The notes under the pieces: model-generated | The model's input: only the letters and a program-made list of their open reading frames with translations | Database searches by the model: none | Told to the model about the DNA's origin: nothing | Translations under genes and position numbers: made by a program | Shown here: piece after piece, positions 34,406 to 44,067 of the stretch | Layout of the letters: each line of letters opens with the position of its first letter | Position numbering within the stretch: the stretch's first letter is position 1 | UHGV virus genome: UHGV-0384005 | Direction: 5' to 3' (one strand) | From: a virus | Length of the DNA stretch: 49,024 nt

Positions 34406-35310
34406 TTAACCTGCCGCACCTCGCTCAGATGGTCTTCGGTGTTCCTCACTATGTGACACAGCAGACGATGGACGCAGTGAAAGCGGTTTTACTTCCCCGC
34501 ATTCAGGGAACGGTGACAGACCCAGCCATCACGATGGCGTTAAATCCAGATGATTCGCCATCCCCTGAATATGTTCAGCCAGCAGGGGGTATTGCTGTGA
34601 TACCTGTTCACGGGATACTGGTTCCTCGTCGCGGGCAAATTACAGCGATGTGTACCGAACTGACGAGTTATGAGCGTATCCGCAGCCAGCTGCATTCAGC
34701 ATTAAATGACCCCTCCATCAGTGAAATTGTTCTGGATATCAATTCCGGAGGTGGTGCAGCGGCAGGTTGCAAAGAGCTGGCGGATTATATTTACCAGTCG
34801 CGAGAAACGAAACCGATCACCGCGATTGTGAATTTCAACGCTTTTTCTGCTGCGTATTTCATTGCTTCAGCATGCAGCAAAATCGTCATCAGTCAGACCA
34901 GCGGCGTCGGTTCCATCGGCGTCATCATGGAGCACCTGGATACGTCAAAGCTGGAAGAAAACGTGGGGGTAAAATTTACTGCGCTATACCGGGGAGATAA
35001 CAAAAATAATGCAACGCCACATGCACCGTTGAGCGAATCGGCCCTTGCAATGATCGACAAAATGCTCGACGACATGTACGAAATATTTACCTCATCAGTT
35101 GCCGAATATCGTGGCCTCAAACAGCAGGCAGTCGTTGATACTCAAGCTGGTCTGTATTTCGGTGGCGATGCCATTTCAGCAGGTCTTGCCGATGAAATAT
35201 CGGATCCTCAGTCTGCGATTAATGCCATTGCGGCAAAGTACAAACAACCTCAACAAACCACTTCCATAAAGTTGCAGGCCGCCGCGATGGACCTGCAAAC
35301 CAGAATGTGA
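34393..35310 (+). CDS. Prohead protease (S49/ClpP-like)
   Basis: ILDINSGGGAAAG...SIGVIMEHLD motifs; sits between portal and major capsid. Confidence 0.85.
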   Translation: MQKMINLPHLAQMVFGVPHYVTQQTMDAVKAVLLPRIQGTVTDPAITMALNPDDSPSPEYVQPAGGIAVIPVHGILVPRRGQITAMCTELTSYERIRSQLHSALNDPSISEIVLDINSGGGAAAGCKELADYIYQSRETKPITAIVNFNAFSAAYFIASACSKIVISQTSGVGSIGVIMEHLDTSKLEENVGVKFTALYRGDNKNNATPHAPLSESALAMIDKMLDDMYEIFTSSVAEYRGLKQQAVVDTQAGLYFGGDAISAGLADEISDPQSAINAIAAKYKQPQQTTSIKLQAAAMDLQTRM

Positions 35311-35336
35311 CCCGGCGCTAACGCGTCATTACCAGA

Positions 35337-35364
35337 AAGCAGCCTGTTGGCTGCTTTTTTTATG
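35337..35364 (+). terminator. Stem-loop AGCAGCC-tgtt-GGCTGCT plus a T-run between the protease and major capsid genes (attenuator-like)
   Basis: Read directly from the sequence. Confidence 0.35.
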
Positions 35365-35382
35365 CCAAAAAGAGAGAAAACT

Positions 35383-36669
35383 ATGCCACAGATTGAAGAA
35401 TTACGTCGTCAGCGTGCGGGTATTAATGAACAGGTACAGGCCCTGGCCACGATTGAAACTACCGGTGGAACGCTGACAGCGGAGCAGTTAACCGAATTTG
35501 CCAGCCTGCAGCAGCAGTTCACGGATATCAGCGCCAAAATTGAGCGTCTGGAAGCGGCTGAACGTGCTGCAGCTCTGGTTGCCAAACCGGTTAAAGGCAC
35601 ACAGCATGCTCCTGGTATCAGCGTTAAGGCTGAGCCAAAGCAATATACCGGCGCAGGCATGACCCGTCTGGTAATGTCGATTGCAGCAGCACAGGGTAAC
35701 GTCCAGGATGCCGCAAAATTTGCAGCTGAAGAGCTGAATGACCAGTCTGTCTCGATGGCCATCAACACTGCCGCTGCGTCAGGCGGTGTTCTTATTCCGC
35801 AAAACCTGCACAGCGAGGTGATCGAACTGCTACGCGATCGCACCATCGTTCGTAAGCTGGGCGCGCGATCCATTCCGCTGCCGAACGGTAATATGGCGCT
35901 GCCGCGTCTGGCCGGTGGTGCGACGGCGAGCTACACCGGGGAAGGCAAGGATGCGAAAGTATCCGAAGCCCGCTTTGATGATGTGAAACTCACCGCGAAA
36001 ACCATGATTGCAATGGTGCCAATCTCCAACCAGCTGATTGGTCGTGCCGGCTACAACGTGGAGCAGCTGGTCCTGCAGGATATTCTGACCGCGATCTCTG
36101 TTCGTGAAGATAAAGCCTTTATGCGTGATGACGGTACCGGTGATACGCCTGTCGGTATGAAAGCGCGAGCAACCCAATGGAACCGCCTGCTGCCGTGGGA
36201 AGCTGCTGCAGAGGTTAATCTGCAGACGATTGATGCGTATCTCGACAGCATCATCCTGATGGCGATGGACGGGAACAGCAACATGATCAGCTGCGGCTGG
36301 GGCATGTCGAACCGTACTTACATGAAACTGTTCGGGCTGCGCGACGGGAACGGTAACAAGGTCTACCCGGAAATGGCCCTGGGTATGCTGAAGGGATATC
36401 CGATTCAGCGTACCAGCGCTATCCCGGCAAATCTCGGTGACGGCGGCAAAGAGTCAGAAATTTATTTCGCTGACTTTAATGACGTGGTTATCGGTGAAGA
36501 CGGCAACATGAAAGTGTCGTTCTCGCAGGAAGCCTCCTACCAGGACGGGGATGGCAATCTGGTTTCCGCGTTCTCCCGTAACCAGTCGTTGATCCGTGTG
36601 GTGACGGAGCATGATATCGGCTTCCGTCATCCGGAAGGTCTTGTACTCGGGACAAAAGTGCTGTTTTAA
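35383..36669 (+). CDS. Major capsid protein (HK97 fold)
   Basis: About 428 aa. N-terminal coiled-coil delta-like region then capsid domain. Start moved to MPQIEEL. Confidence 0.9.
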   Translation: MPQIEELRRQRAGINEQVQALATIETTGGTLTAEQLTEFASLQQQFTDISAKIERLEAAERAAALVAKPVKGTQHAPGISVKAEPKQYTGAGMTRLVMSIAAAQGNVQDAAKFAAEELNDQSVSMAINTAAASGGVLIPQNLHSEVIELLRDRTIVRKLGARSIPLPNGNMALPRLAGGATASYTGEGKDAKVSEARFDDVKLTAKTMIAMVPISNQLIGRAGYNVEQLVLQDILTAISVREDKAFMRDDGTGDTPVGMKARATQWNRLLPWEAAAEVNLQTIDAYLDSIILMAMDGNSNMISCGWGMSNRTYMKLFGLRDGNGNKVYPEMALGMLKGYPIQRTSAIPANLGDGGKESEIYFADFNDVVIGEDGNMKVSFSQEASYQDGDGNLVSAFSRNQSLIRVVTEHDIGFRHPEGLVLGTKVLF

Positions 36670-36684
36670 CCGATCCTGCACTCT

Positions 36685-36702
36685 GTGCGACCACGGTCGC
36701 AC
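36685..36702. repeat. SopB-box-like palindrome GTGCGACCACGGTCGCAC (perfect; arms extend to 12 bp, CTCTGTGCGACC..GGTCGCACAGAG)
   Basis: Family of 5. Confidence 0.6.
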
Positions 36703-36727
36703 AGAGTAAAAGCACGTAATCTCCCAG

Positions 36728-36752
36728 GCCCGCAGCAGCGGGTTTTTTCTTT
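36728..36752 (+). terminator. Intrinsic terminator CCCGC-agca-GCGGG plus T6 after the major capsid gene
   Basis: Read directly from the sequence. Confidence 0.55.
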
Positions 36753-36766
36753 TCAGGAGCAAAACG

Positions 36767-37138
36767 ATGACAACGAAAGCGGCAAAAGCAGCGGCAGCTG
36801 CAACCGGGGATGTGAAAAAGCCGGATGAACTGACGCCGGAAAATACAGTGGACGGGAATGACGGTCAGAATACTGCAGCGGGTTCAGGTGATACCGGTGT
36901 TGATCTGACCGGAAGTGAAACAAACGGGGCCACGGGCCTGACGGGAGCAGAAGTGGCGCGGAAAGCGGTTTTTTTCCTGGGACCCTATCATCGTTATTCA
37001 CGCGGTGATACGGCCTGTTTTGATGCTGAGTACGCAGAAAAACTGGTTGAACGCCATATTGCGGTATGGCCAGAAGATGCGGAAAAGGCGCTGAGTCCCC
37101 GCAAGGGAGCCGATGACCATGATACTGACATTGGATGA
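36767..37138 (+). CDS. Head-associated protein (Gly/Thr-rich N-terminus), function unknown
   Basis: ORF in the head-completion block. Confidence 0.4.
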   Translation: MTTKAAKAAAAATGDVKKPDELTPENTVDGNDGQNTAAGSGDTGVDLTGSETNGATGLTGAEVARKAVFFLGPYHRYSRGDTACFDAEYAEKLVERHIAVWPEDAEKALSPRKGADDHDTDIG

Positions 37139-37436
37139 TGTGAAAACCCAGCTCCGTCTGGAGCCGGATTTCACGGAGCATGACGACATGCTCACTAAAA
37201 TGGTGGCGGCTGCGCAAAAGAGTATTGAGCGTGACTACTACTGCAAACTGGTGGGAAGCGATGACGAACTGCAGGCGCTGCCGGAAGGGGTACGCGGTTT
37301 TGTGGCGGATGAAGATATCCAGCTGGCCATGCAGTATCTGGTCGGGGATGCGTATCTGAATGGTTTCACCGGTCAGTGGCTGGAGACGGCTGCGGTCCGG
37401 CACCTTCTTTTCCCGTTGCAGGAGAACACCGTATGA
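37113..37436 (+). CDS. Head-tail connector (gp6-like)
   Basis: MTMILTLDDVKTQLRLEP... is typical of phage gp6-like DNA-packaging/connector proteins. Confidence 0.55.
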   Translation: MTMILTLDDVKTQLRLEPDFTEHDDMLTKMVAAAQKSIERDYYCKLVGSDDELQALPEGVRGFVADEDIQLAMQYLVGDAYLNGFTGQWLETAAVRHLLFPLQENTV

Positions 37437-37783
37437 GCCTGAAGCCGGAAGAGATGACCTGCCGTCTTTCGATTGGGTATATGCAATCCGGCCGGGGGCC
37501 GCTGGGTGAACATCTGCCGGAACAACTGGTCGCGACCGGGAAAGCCTGGGCGAAGCGCGAACTGGTGTCGGGCAGAAAGGTCCGCACACTGGATCAACTG
37601 CAGGTTGTTGAAACATGTCTTTTTACCACTCATCCGAACCTGAATATTGATATCGACTGGAAAATAACAACGTCTGACCGGATTTATACCGTTCGTAACG
37701 TCGAACGTCTTGCGGACCGCATCATCATCACAGGGGAGGCAGACGCACGTCATGATCGAGCTGGCATTAAAGACAGCACTTGA
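37433..37783 (+). CDS. Head closure / head-tail adaptor protein
   Basis: Position; GGAGAA RBS; internal start of ORF 37376. Confidence 0.45.
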   Translation: MSLKPEEMTCRLSIGYMQSGRGPLGEHLPEQLVATGKAWAKRELVSGRKVRTLDQLQVVETCLFTTHPNLNIDIDWKITTSDRIYTVRNVERLADRIIITGEADARHDRAGIKDST

Positions 37784-38141
37784 ACGCCTGACCGGGCTGA
37801 ATGTTTACCCTCTGCTCCTGCCTGATGAGCTGCAGGAGGGGATTACTTACCAGTGTATCTCGGATCCGGAACTGTACGCCGGACTGTTGCGCACAGGTCT
37901 GATTGCGGGCCGCTTCCAGATAGCGATTCATCTGCTTAATGACTACACCCGCCTGTTACAGCTGGATAAGAAAATCAGCGCGGAATGGACCGCTATCGTG
38001 CATGGCCAGCTGGAGGGTTTTCCCGTGCAGAATGTGGTCCGTGGTGGAATACAGCAGAGTAAAACGGTACTGACCAGCGGCAATATTCAGTACCGGCTCG
38101 TGCGGGATTTTACCTTTCACTACCGGGACGTCTCACCATGA
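37752..38141 (+). CDS. Tail completion / head-tail joining protein
   Basis: Position; internal start of ORF 37710. Confidence 0.45.
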   Translation: MIELALKTALERLTGLNVYPLLLPDELQEGITYQCISDPELYAGLLRTGLIAGRFQIAIHLLNDYTRLLQLDKKISAEWTAIVHGQLEGFPVQNVVRGGIQQSKTVLTSGNIQYRLVRDFTFHYRDVSP

Positions 38142-38539
38142 TCACTATGGACGTAAAAGGGCTGGACGAGCTGGAGCGGCAGCTTACTGCGCTCGGTGAA
38201 AAGGTCGGCGCGAAGGTGTTACGTGATGCAGGGCGTGAGGCGCTGAAAGTGGTGGAAGAAGACATGAAACAACATGCCGGCTTCGACGATGCGTCCTCTG
38301 CAGAGCATATGCGTGATTCCATCAAAATTCGCGCCTCCACCCGGAAAGGTCGCGGAAATACGGTGGTCACCCTTCGGGTTGGCCCCAGCAAAAAGCATTA
38401 CATGAAAGCGCTGGCCCAGGAGTTCGGGACGGTTAAACAGGTTGCCGATCCGTTCATCCGTCCGGCACTGGATTACAACGTCCAGAAGGTTCTGCGCATT
38501 CTGACCGTAGAAATCCGCAATGGCATTCAGAACAGGTAG
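38138..38539 (+). CDS. HK97 gp10-family tail component
   Basis: MITMDVKGLDELERQL... N-terminus, characteristic of the family. Confidence 0.55.
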   Translation: MITMDVKGLDELERQLTALGEKVGAKVLRDAGREALKVVEEDMKQHAGFDDASSAEHMRDSIKIRASTRKGRGNTVVTLRVGPSKKHYMKALAQEFGTVKQVADPFIRPALDYNVQKVLRILTVEIRNGIQNR

Positions 38540-38572
38540 CAACCGCTGCCCACTATTTAAGAGAGAATCATT

Positions 38573-39055
38573 ATGGCTGATGAAAATAACACGCCAAAAT
38601 CATCCCCTGAGTACGCAATGCTTCCTGCCGGGACGGTGGTGAAGTTTGGGGAGGTAGGAGCCGCTGTAGCGGCATTGAAACCGCTGATTAACTGCAAGGC
38701 GCTGGGCGCGACAGGTCAGACGGGAGGATTTGTCGACTGTACCACCCTGCTGGACAAGAGTAAGCAGTCGGTGTCAGACCTGCCGGAAGGGCCGGAGAAA
38801 TCGCTGGGCTTCATTGACGACCCGGAAAACGAAGATTTCACCGCATTCCTCAATGCAGCGGAACAGCGTAAGACCGTTCAGTTTTATATTGAGCTGCCGA
38901 ACAAACGAACGGCCTCAATGATCCTTGCGCTTTCAGGCTGGCAGATGAACGAAATCACCGCCCCTGCCAGTGAAGTTATCCAGATTACGGTGCAGGGTAA
39001 GCAAAACAACATTAAATGGGGGATCGCCGCCCCGGCGCCAGATGCCGGAGCGTAA
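38573..39055 (+). CDS. Major tail protein
   Basis: Position before the G/GT/TMP genes. A terminator-like hairpin follows. Confidence 0.6.
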   Translation: MADENNTPKSSPEYAMLPAGTVVKFGEVGAAVAALKPLINCKALGATGQTGGFVDCTTLLDKSKQSVSDLPEGPEKSLGFIDDPENEDFTAFLNAAEQRKTVQFYIELPNKRTASMILALSGWQMNEITAPASEVIQITVQGKQNNIKWGIAAPAPDAGA

Positions 39056-39070
39056 TCCGTTTCCCGTTAC

Positions 39071-39096
39071 ACACCGCCTCCGGGCGGTTTTTTTTC
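39071..39096 (+). terminator. Hairpin ACCGCC-tccg-GGCGGT plus T8. Copy 1 of a recurring AACCGCCTCCGGGCGGTTTT element.
   Basis: Read directly from the sequence. Confidence 0.55.
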
Positions 39097-39117
39097 GTCT
39101 GAAAAACAGGATACACC

Positions 39118-39480
39118 ATGTCTGAATTTAGCCTCTCCGCACTGAAAAATGCACTGCTCAAAACGAAATCCACGCCTACTGAAACTGAAATTTTAGGCAC
39201 AAAGGTTTACCTGCGTCGGCTGACGGCGGCTGAGCTTATTGATCATGAAGATGCACTCATCGAGGCGCAGACCTCTGGCAATGCCCGCATGGCGTCTGAG
39301 CTGAGCGTACAGATTGTTATCGACAGCCTGGTTCAGCCTGACGGCTCGCCAATTAAAGCCAAAGACAAACCCACGGCGAAGGAGTTGCTGGCGGCACACG
39401 ATAACGTTGTGCTTCTGGATGCCATCGACAAAGTGAAAAAACACGCCATCGGTAAGCTGGAAACCGCCGAAAAAAACTGA
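39118..39480 (+). CDS. G: Tail assembly chaperone (lambda gpG-like)
   Basis: 120 aa, ending at the A_AAA_AAC slippery site. Confidence 0.7.
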   Translation: MSEFSLSALKNALLKTKSTPTETEILGTKVYLRRLTAAELIDHEDALIEAQTSGNARMASELSVQIVIDSLVQPDGSPIKAKDKPTAKELLAAHDNVVLLDAIDKVKKHAIGKLETAEKN

Positions 39481-39728
39481 GTGACTCGCCCTGGCTGGAG
39501 CTGATTTTCTGGCTGGCCGACCGCTGGGGCGAGCCTGACCCGTCAAAAATTGCGGCGCTTCCGGCTGACACGCTTTTCCACTGGCGTGCTTTTTTCCTCA
39601 AACAGGGCATTTTCAAAAAGCCTTCGCCAGAAGGTTCTGACAATAACCCGCCCCCTGTTAAATCACCCGCAGCAGCGAACCAGAGTCTGGATGCGCAGTG
39701 TGCGGCAGTCATGAAGGTATTAATGTAA
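39118..39728 (+). CDS. GT: Tail assembly chaperone GT-like fusion, via a programmed -1 frameshift at A_AAA_AAC (39471-39477)
   Basis: The -1 frame is open from the slippery heptamer to the TAA at 39726-39728 (TAATG overlap with the tape measure gene). It encodes a ...LFHWRAFFLKQG... gpT-like segment. Confidence 0.55.
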
Positions 39729-42700
39729 TGGGTGACGTTGCCTCTCTTGCCGTTGGGCTGCATCTGAATGCAGCGAACTTTAAATCGCAGCTGATGAGCG
39801 CCTACGGCAGCGCTGAGAGTCAGTCACGCCAGTTTAACCGCAATGCCCAGGCTGATGCGAAAAAGACGGAGGATGCCTATAAGCGTGTTTCCGCTTCGGT
39901 ATCGGGGCTGGCTGGCAGGCTGGCAGGTTTTGCCGGGGCGGGATTATCGCTGGGCACTATTATCAGCACCACGCGGCAGTACAGCCAGTCGTTGTCGGAT
40001 TTGCAGGCCATCACTGGTGCCACCAGTGCGCAGATGAAACTGTACGATCAGGCGGCGCAGGAAATGGGCCGCACAACGGAATACAGCGCATCACAGGCCG
40101 CTGAGGCCATTAAGCTGATGGCTTCGGCAAAGCCTGAACTGCTGAGTACCTCTGCGGGGCTGACGGCGGCGACCAAAAGCGCGTTAACGCTGACCCAGGC
40201 CGCTGGTACCACGCTTCCGGATGCCACCCGAACGCTGGCCCTGTCATTAAACCAGTTTGGCGCGGGAGCCAGTGAAGCCGACCGGTATATCAACGTGCTG
40301 GCTGCCGGCGCGAAATTTGGTTCGTCGGAGATAGCCGACACGGCTGCTGCGATTAAAAATGGCGGGGTGGCAGCGGCACAGGCTGGCGTGGGTTTTGAAA
40401 CCCTCAATGCCGCCATACAGGTACTGGCAGAGCGCGAAGTGAAAGGTGGCGAAGCCGGGACCGCGCTGCGTAACGTGATCCTGAATCTGGAGAAGGGAAC
40501 CGATAAGACCCTGAAGCCTTCTGTTGTCGGGCTGAGTCAGGCGCTGGAGAACCTGGCCGGGAAAAACCTGTCAACCAGGCAGGCCGTGAAGCTGTTCGGG
40601 GTGGAAAACCTCAGCGCTGCATCCATCCTGGTGCAGAACCGCGAGAAGGTGGAGTCGCTGACCGCCGCCCTGACCGGTACACAGACCGCGCATGAGCAGG
40701 CTGAAATCAGGGTAAATAACCTGAACGGCGATCTTCTCAGCCTGACTTCGGCTTTTGAAGGTCTGATTATTAAGGTAGGGCAGAGCGGAAACGGCCCGCT
40801 GCGCAGTGGTGTTCAGACCGTTACCGATGCCATTAATGGCCTGACGGATAATTTTAATACGGTCGCCAACGTTGCGCTGTATACGCTGATTCCTGTTCTG
40901 GCGACAAAACTAACGGCAGGTATCAGGGGCAACATCGGTGCCTGGGTGGAGCAGCAGCAGGCAGTCAGGGCCAGCGCGATGGCGCAGGCCGATATGGCGC
41001 GAAAAACGCTGGAAAGTACCGCCGCCACGCTGGCACAGAATAACGCAGAATTTGGGCGTTATCGGGAAATGGAGAAGTCAGCAAGACTTCATAATCTGAA
41101 TGTCAGCTATCAGAGCGAATTTAACCGCTTAATCCGGCAGGAAACCGAGCAGACACTGCTCTCCACCCAGGCAAAGAACCAGCTGAATGCTGCCAATAAA
41201 CAGCTTTCCGTTTCAGCCCGCGCAGCCTCTGCAGCGGTAGGTATGGCCAGAGGGGCGCTGGCACTGGTGGGCGGTCCTGTGGGCGCAGCGATGCTGGCCG
41301 GTTCGGCGCTGCTCTACTTCCATAATCAGGCAAAGAATGCCCGTCAGTCAGCGATTGACCTGAAAAATGCTGTCGTTGAAACGAATGAAGAACTCAAAAA
41401 ACTGTCGCTTAACCAGCTCAACGTGAAGCAGCTGGACATTGATGAACAGTTTGAGAATCAGGTTATTCAGCGAAATAAACTGATTAAGGAAATTCAGGAT
41501 GCGGACAGCCGTATTGATGGATTGAGCGGCTTCGATCCGTTTGGACAGCTTAAAGGCGTACAGAACGACAAAACCCGCTACAAAGGGGATCTGGATGCCG
41601 TTGAGCAGGGGTTAAAACTCCTCAAGGAACGGCAAAAAATTGTCAAAGAGGCCATAGAACAGGCTAAATCCGGGAAAACCGATCCCACGCCGAAGCCGGA
41701 TAAACCAGGGAATGAAACAGGGAGCGATAAACCCGATACCCCCTGGACCGGGGAAGGCGGGGATACGGGTAAGGGGCAAAAGGCGAAGGTTAACCAGTAT
41801 GAGCAACTGCGGCGTGAAATTGAAGCGGCGCATGCCTCAAGTCTCGGACGTATCAACCTGCAGGAGCAGGAAAGCGCCAGAAAACTCCTTGAAGCCGCCC
41901 GCACGGACGGAGCCAGTGAAGCTGATATTCAGAAGACGCTGCTGCTGAATGCTGAAAATTATCAGAAACAGCGCCTCGAGCTGGCAGAACAGTATGCGCC
42001 GGCCAGAGCCTCTCTGACGAAAGAGCGCGAAGCGAGCCAGGCGCTGAAGTCGCTCCTGGATGCCCGTCTTCTGGATGAAAAGGAATACCAGACGGCCAGA
42101 ATTACGCTGGCGCAAAGTACGGCCCGCGAACTGTTACAGGCACAGGCAGCGGCAATGTCTGCCCCTCTGATTGATATCGCCGGCACGGTTGATCCTCTTG
42201 TTGAATTGCGTAATCAGCTGACTGAACGTCAGTCACTGCTGCAGGCTTTTTACCAGAACGATGCGATCAACAAAGAGCAGTACGAACTGCTGAAGCAAAA
42301 GGCTGACAAGGATTCTGCGGATGCACAGTACCAGACGGCGGTGGAGCTGTATAAGTCGCAGGGGAATCTGAACAGCCTTGCTATCGGCCTGATGGAAACC
42401 ACCCAGGAGCGAACCTCCAACATGCTGACCGGCATGCTGAACGGTACGCAGACACTCCGTGACGGGATGATCGGGTTGTTTTCCTCCCTGACTCAGTCGG
42501 TGATTAAAAACCTTGTCGATATGGCGGCGCAGGCGCTGATTACCAACACCATCCTGAAATCCATTATGGGCATCGGCGGCAGTCTTTTTGGCGGCGCAGC
42601 CACCGCGAGTACCGGCACGGCCATCAGCAGTTTTGGCAGCAGTTTTAGCTTTAATGCGAAAGGCGGTGTCTATGATTCACCCTCATTAAGTTCCTACAGC

Positions 42701-43030
42701 AACGGCATCTATGACAGCCCGACCCTGTTTGCTTTTGCAAAGGGAGCAGGTGTGTTTGGTGAAGCTGGTCCGGAAGCCATTATGCCTCTGGCGAAAACGA
42801 CTGACGGTACGTTGGGTGTCAGGGCGCTGGGTGACCCGGGTTCCTCTGGTGGTGGTATGAATGGGGGGATTGCTTATTCACCTGTGTATCACATTGCCAT
42901 TCAGAATGACGGGCAAAACGGGGAGATAGGGCCGCAGGCATCACAGATGCTGGTTAAGATGATCGATACGCGTGTCATGAGCATCCTGAGAACTCAGGGC
43001 CGCGATGGCGGCATGCTGGCGGGAGGATAA
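39728..43030 (+). CDS. H: Tail tape measure protein (lambda gpH-like)
   Basis: About 1100 aa, with a coiled-coil-rich centre and a Gly-rich C-terminus. Confidence 0.9.
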   Translation: MGDVASLAVGLHLNAANFKSQLMSAYGSAESQSRQFNRNAQADAKKTEDAYKRVSASVSGLAGRLAGFAGAGLSLGTIISTTRQYSQSLSDLQAITGATSAQMKLYDQAAQEMGRTTEYSASQAAEAIKLMASAKPELLSTSAGLTAATKSALTLTQAAGTTLPDATRTLALSLNQFGAGASEADRYINVLAAGAKFGSSEIADTAAAIKNGGVAAAQAGVGFETLNAAIQVLAEREVKGGEAGTALRNVILNLEKGTDKTLKPSVVGLSQALENLAGKNLSTRQAVKLFGVENLSAASILVQNREKVESLTAALTGTQTAHEQAEIRVNNLNGDLLSLTSAFEGLIIKVGQSGNGPLRSGVQTVTDAINGLTDNFNTVANVALYTLIPVLATKLTAGIRGNIGAWVEQQQAVRASAMAQADMARKTLESTAATLAQNNAEFGRYREMEKSARLHNLNVSYQSEFNRLIRQETEQTLLSTQAKNQLNAANKQLSVSARAASAAVGMARGALALVGGPVGAAMLAGSALLYFHNQAKNARQSAIDLKNAVVETNEELKKLSLNQLNVKQLDIDEQFENQVIQRNKLIKEIQDADSRIDGLSGFDPFGQLKGVQNDKTRYKGDLDAVEQGLKLLKERQKIVKEAIEQAKSGKTDPTPKPDKPGNETGSDKPDTPWTGEGGDTGKGQKAKVNQYEQLRREIEAAHASSLGRINLQEQESARKLLEAARTDGASEADIQKTLLLNAENYQKQRLELAEQYAPARASLTKEREASQALKSLLDARLLDEKEYQTARITLAQSTARELLQAQAAAMSAPLIDIAGTVDPLVELRNQLTERQSLLQAFYQNDAINKEQYELLKQKADKDSADAQYQTAVELYKSQGNLNSLAIGLMETTQERTSNMLTGMLNGTQTLRDGMIGLFSSLTQSVIKNLVDMAAQALITNTILKSIMGIGGSLFGGAATASTGTAISSFGSSFSFNAKGGVYDSPSLSSYSNGIYDSPTLFAFAKGAGVFGEAGPEAIMPLAKTTDGTLGVRALGDPGSSGGGMNGGIAYSPVYHIAIQNDGQNGEIGPQASQMLVKMIDTRVMSILRTQGRDGGMLAGG

Positions 43031-43363
43031 GTGAAAACCTTTCATTGGGCACCCAGGGAGGGGATGCAGTCGTCTGTTTCCCCTTCGGTGACAACCATTA
43101 AATTTGGGGATGGCTATGAGCAACGTCGTCCGACCGGACTCAACCATCAGTTAATTAACTTCCAGCCTGTTTTCCGTATCACGTCGGACAATTCCCGCAC
43201 CGCACTTGAAGCGTTTCTGGTCGAGCACGGAGGATATAAAGCCTTTTTGTGGCGACCGCCAAAATACAACCGCACGATTAAAGTTGTCTGCCGGGAATGG
43301 TCTGTTACGGACAACGTCACGTATTCTGATTTCAGCTGTAAATTTGAGCAGGTTATTGCTTAA
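43031..43363 (+). CDS. M: Minor tail protein M
   Basis: MKTF.W....M...V.PSV..I.FGDGY.QR...GLN...EEHGGYKAFLW.PP is near-colinear with lambda gpM as I recall it. Confidence 0.9.
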   Translation: MKTFHWAPREGMQSSVSPSVTTIKFGDGYEQRRPTGLNHQLINFQPVFRITSDNSRTALEAFLVEHGGYKAFLWRPPKYNRTIKVVCREWSVTDNVTYSDFSCKFEQVIA

Positions 43364-43371
43364 GGATCCTT

Positions 43372-44067
43372 ATGCAGGATATTCCTCAGAACACCCTCAA
43401 CGAAACCACGAAAACCGAGCAGTCTGCCCGTATTGATTTGTGGGAAATCGACCTGACGGCTTTTGGTGGCCAGCGTTACTATTTTTCAAATGAAGCGAAC
43501 GAGAAGGGCGAGCCGGTCACCTGGCAGGGCCGGAAGTATGACGTTTACCCGATACAGGGAACCGGATTCGACCTTGTAGGGAAAGGGACATCTGCCCGAC
43601 CGACGCTGGCGGTGTCGAACCTGTTTGGCATGGTCACGGGACTCGCAGAAGATGTGCAGAGCCTGGTGGGGGCAACGGTGGTAAGGCGCGTGGTATACGC
43701 CCGTTTTCTCGATGCGGTGAACTTTACAGGCGGCAATCCGGAGGCCGACCCGGAACAGGAAGTGGTCAGCCGCTGGGTGATAGAACAGCTGTCGGAGCTG
43801 AAAGCCACCACGGCGACCTTCGTGCTGGCCACACCGACCGAAACGGACGGCAGCGTGTTTCCGGCGCGGATCATGCTGGCTGATGTCTGCAACTGGACCT
43901 ACCGTTCGCAGGAGTGTGGCTATGCCGGGCCGCCTGTGGCGGATGAGTTTGACAAGCCCACGGCAGACCCGGCAAAAGATGCCTGCAGTAAATGCCGTAC
44001 TGGCTGCGAGCTGCGTAATAACCTGCCGCGCATTGGCTGTTTCCTCTCCATTAACCGTCTTTCCTGA
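43372..44067 (+). CDS. L: Minor tail protein L
   Basis: Colinear with lambda gpL as I recall it (WEIDLT, TWQGR.Y.PYPIQG.GF, RPTL.VSNL.GMVTG, C-terminal Cys cluster). Confidence 0.9.
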   Translation: MQDIPQNTLNETTKTEQSARIDLWEIDLTAFGGQRYYFSNEANEKGEPVTWQGRKYDVYPIQGTGFDLVGKGTSARPTLAVSNLFGMVTGLAEDVQSLVGATVVRRVVYARFLDAVNFTGGNPEADPEQEVVSRWVIEQLSELKATTATFVLATPTETDGSVFPARIMLADVCNWTYRSQECGYAGPPVADEFDKPTADPAKDACSKCRTGCELRNNLPRIGCFLSINRLS

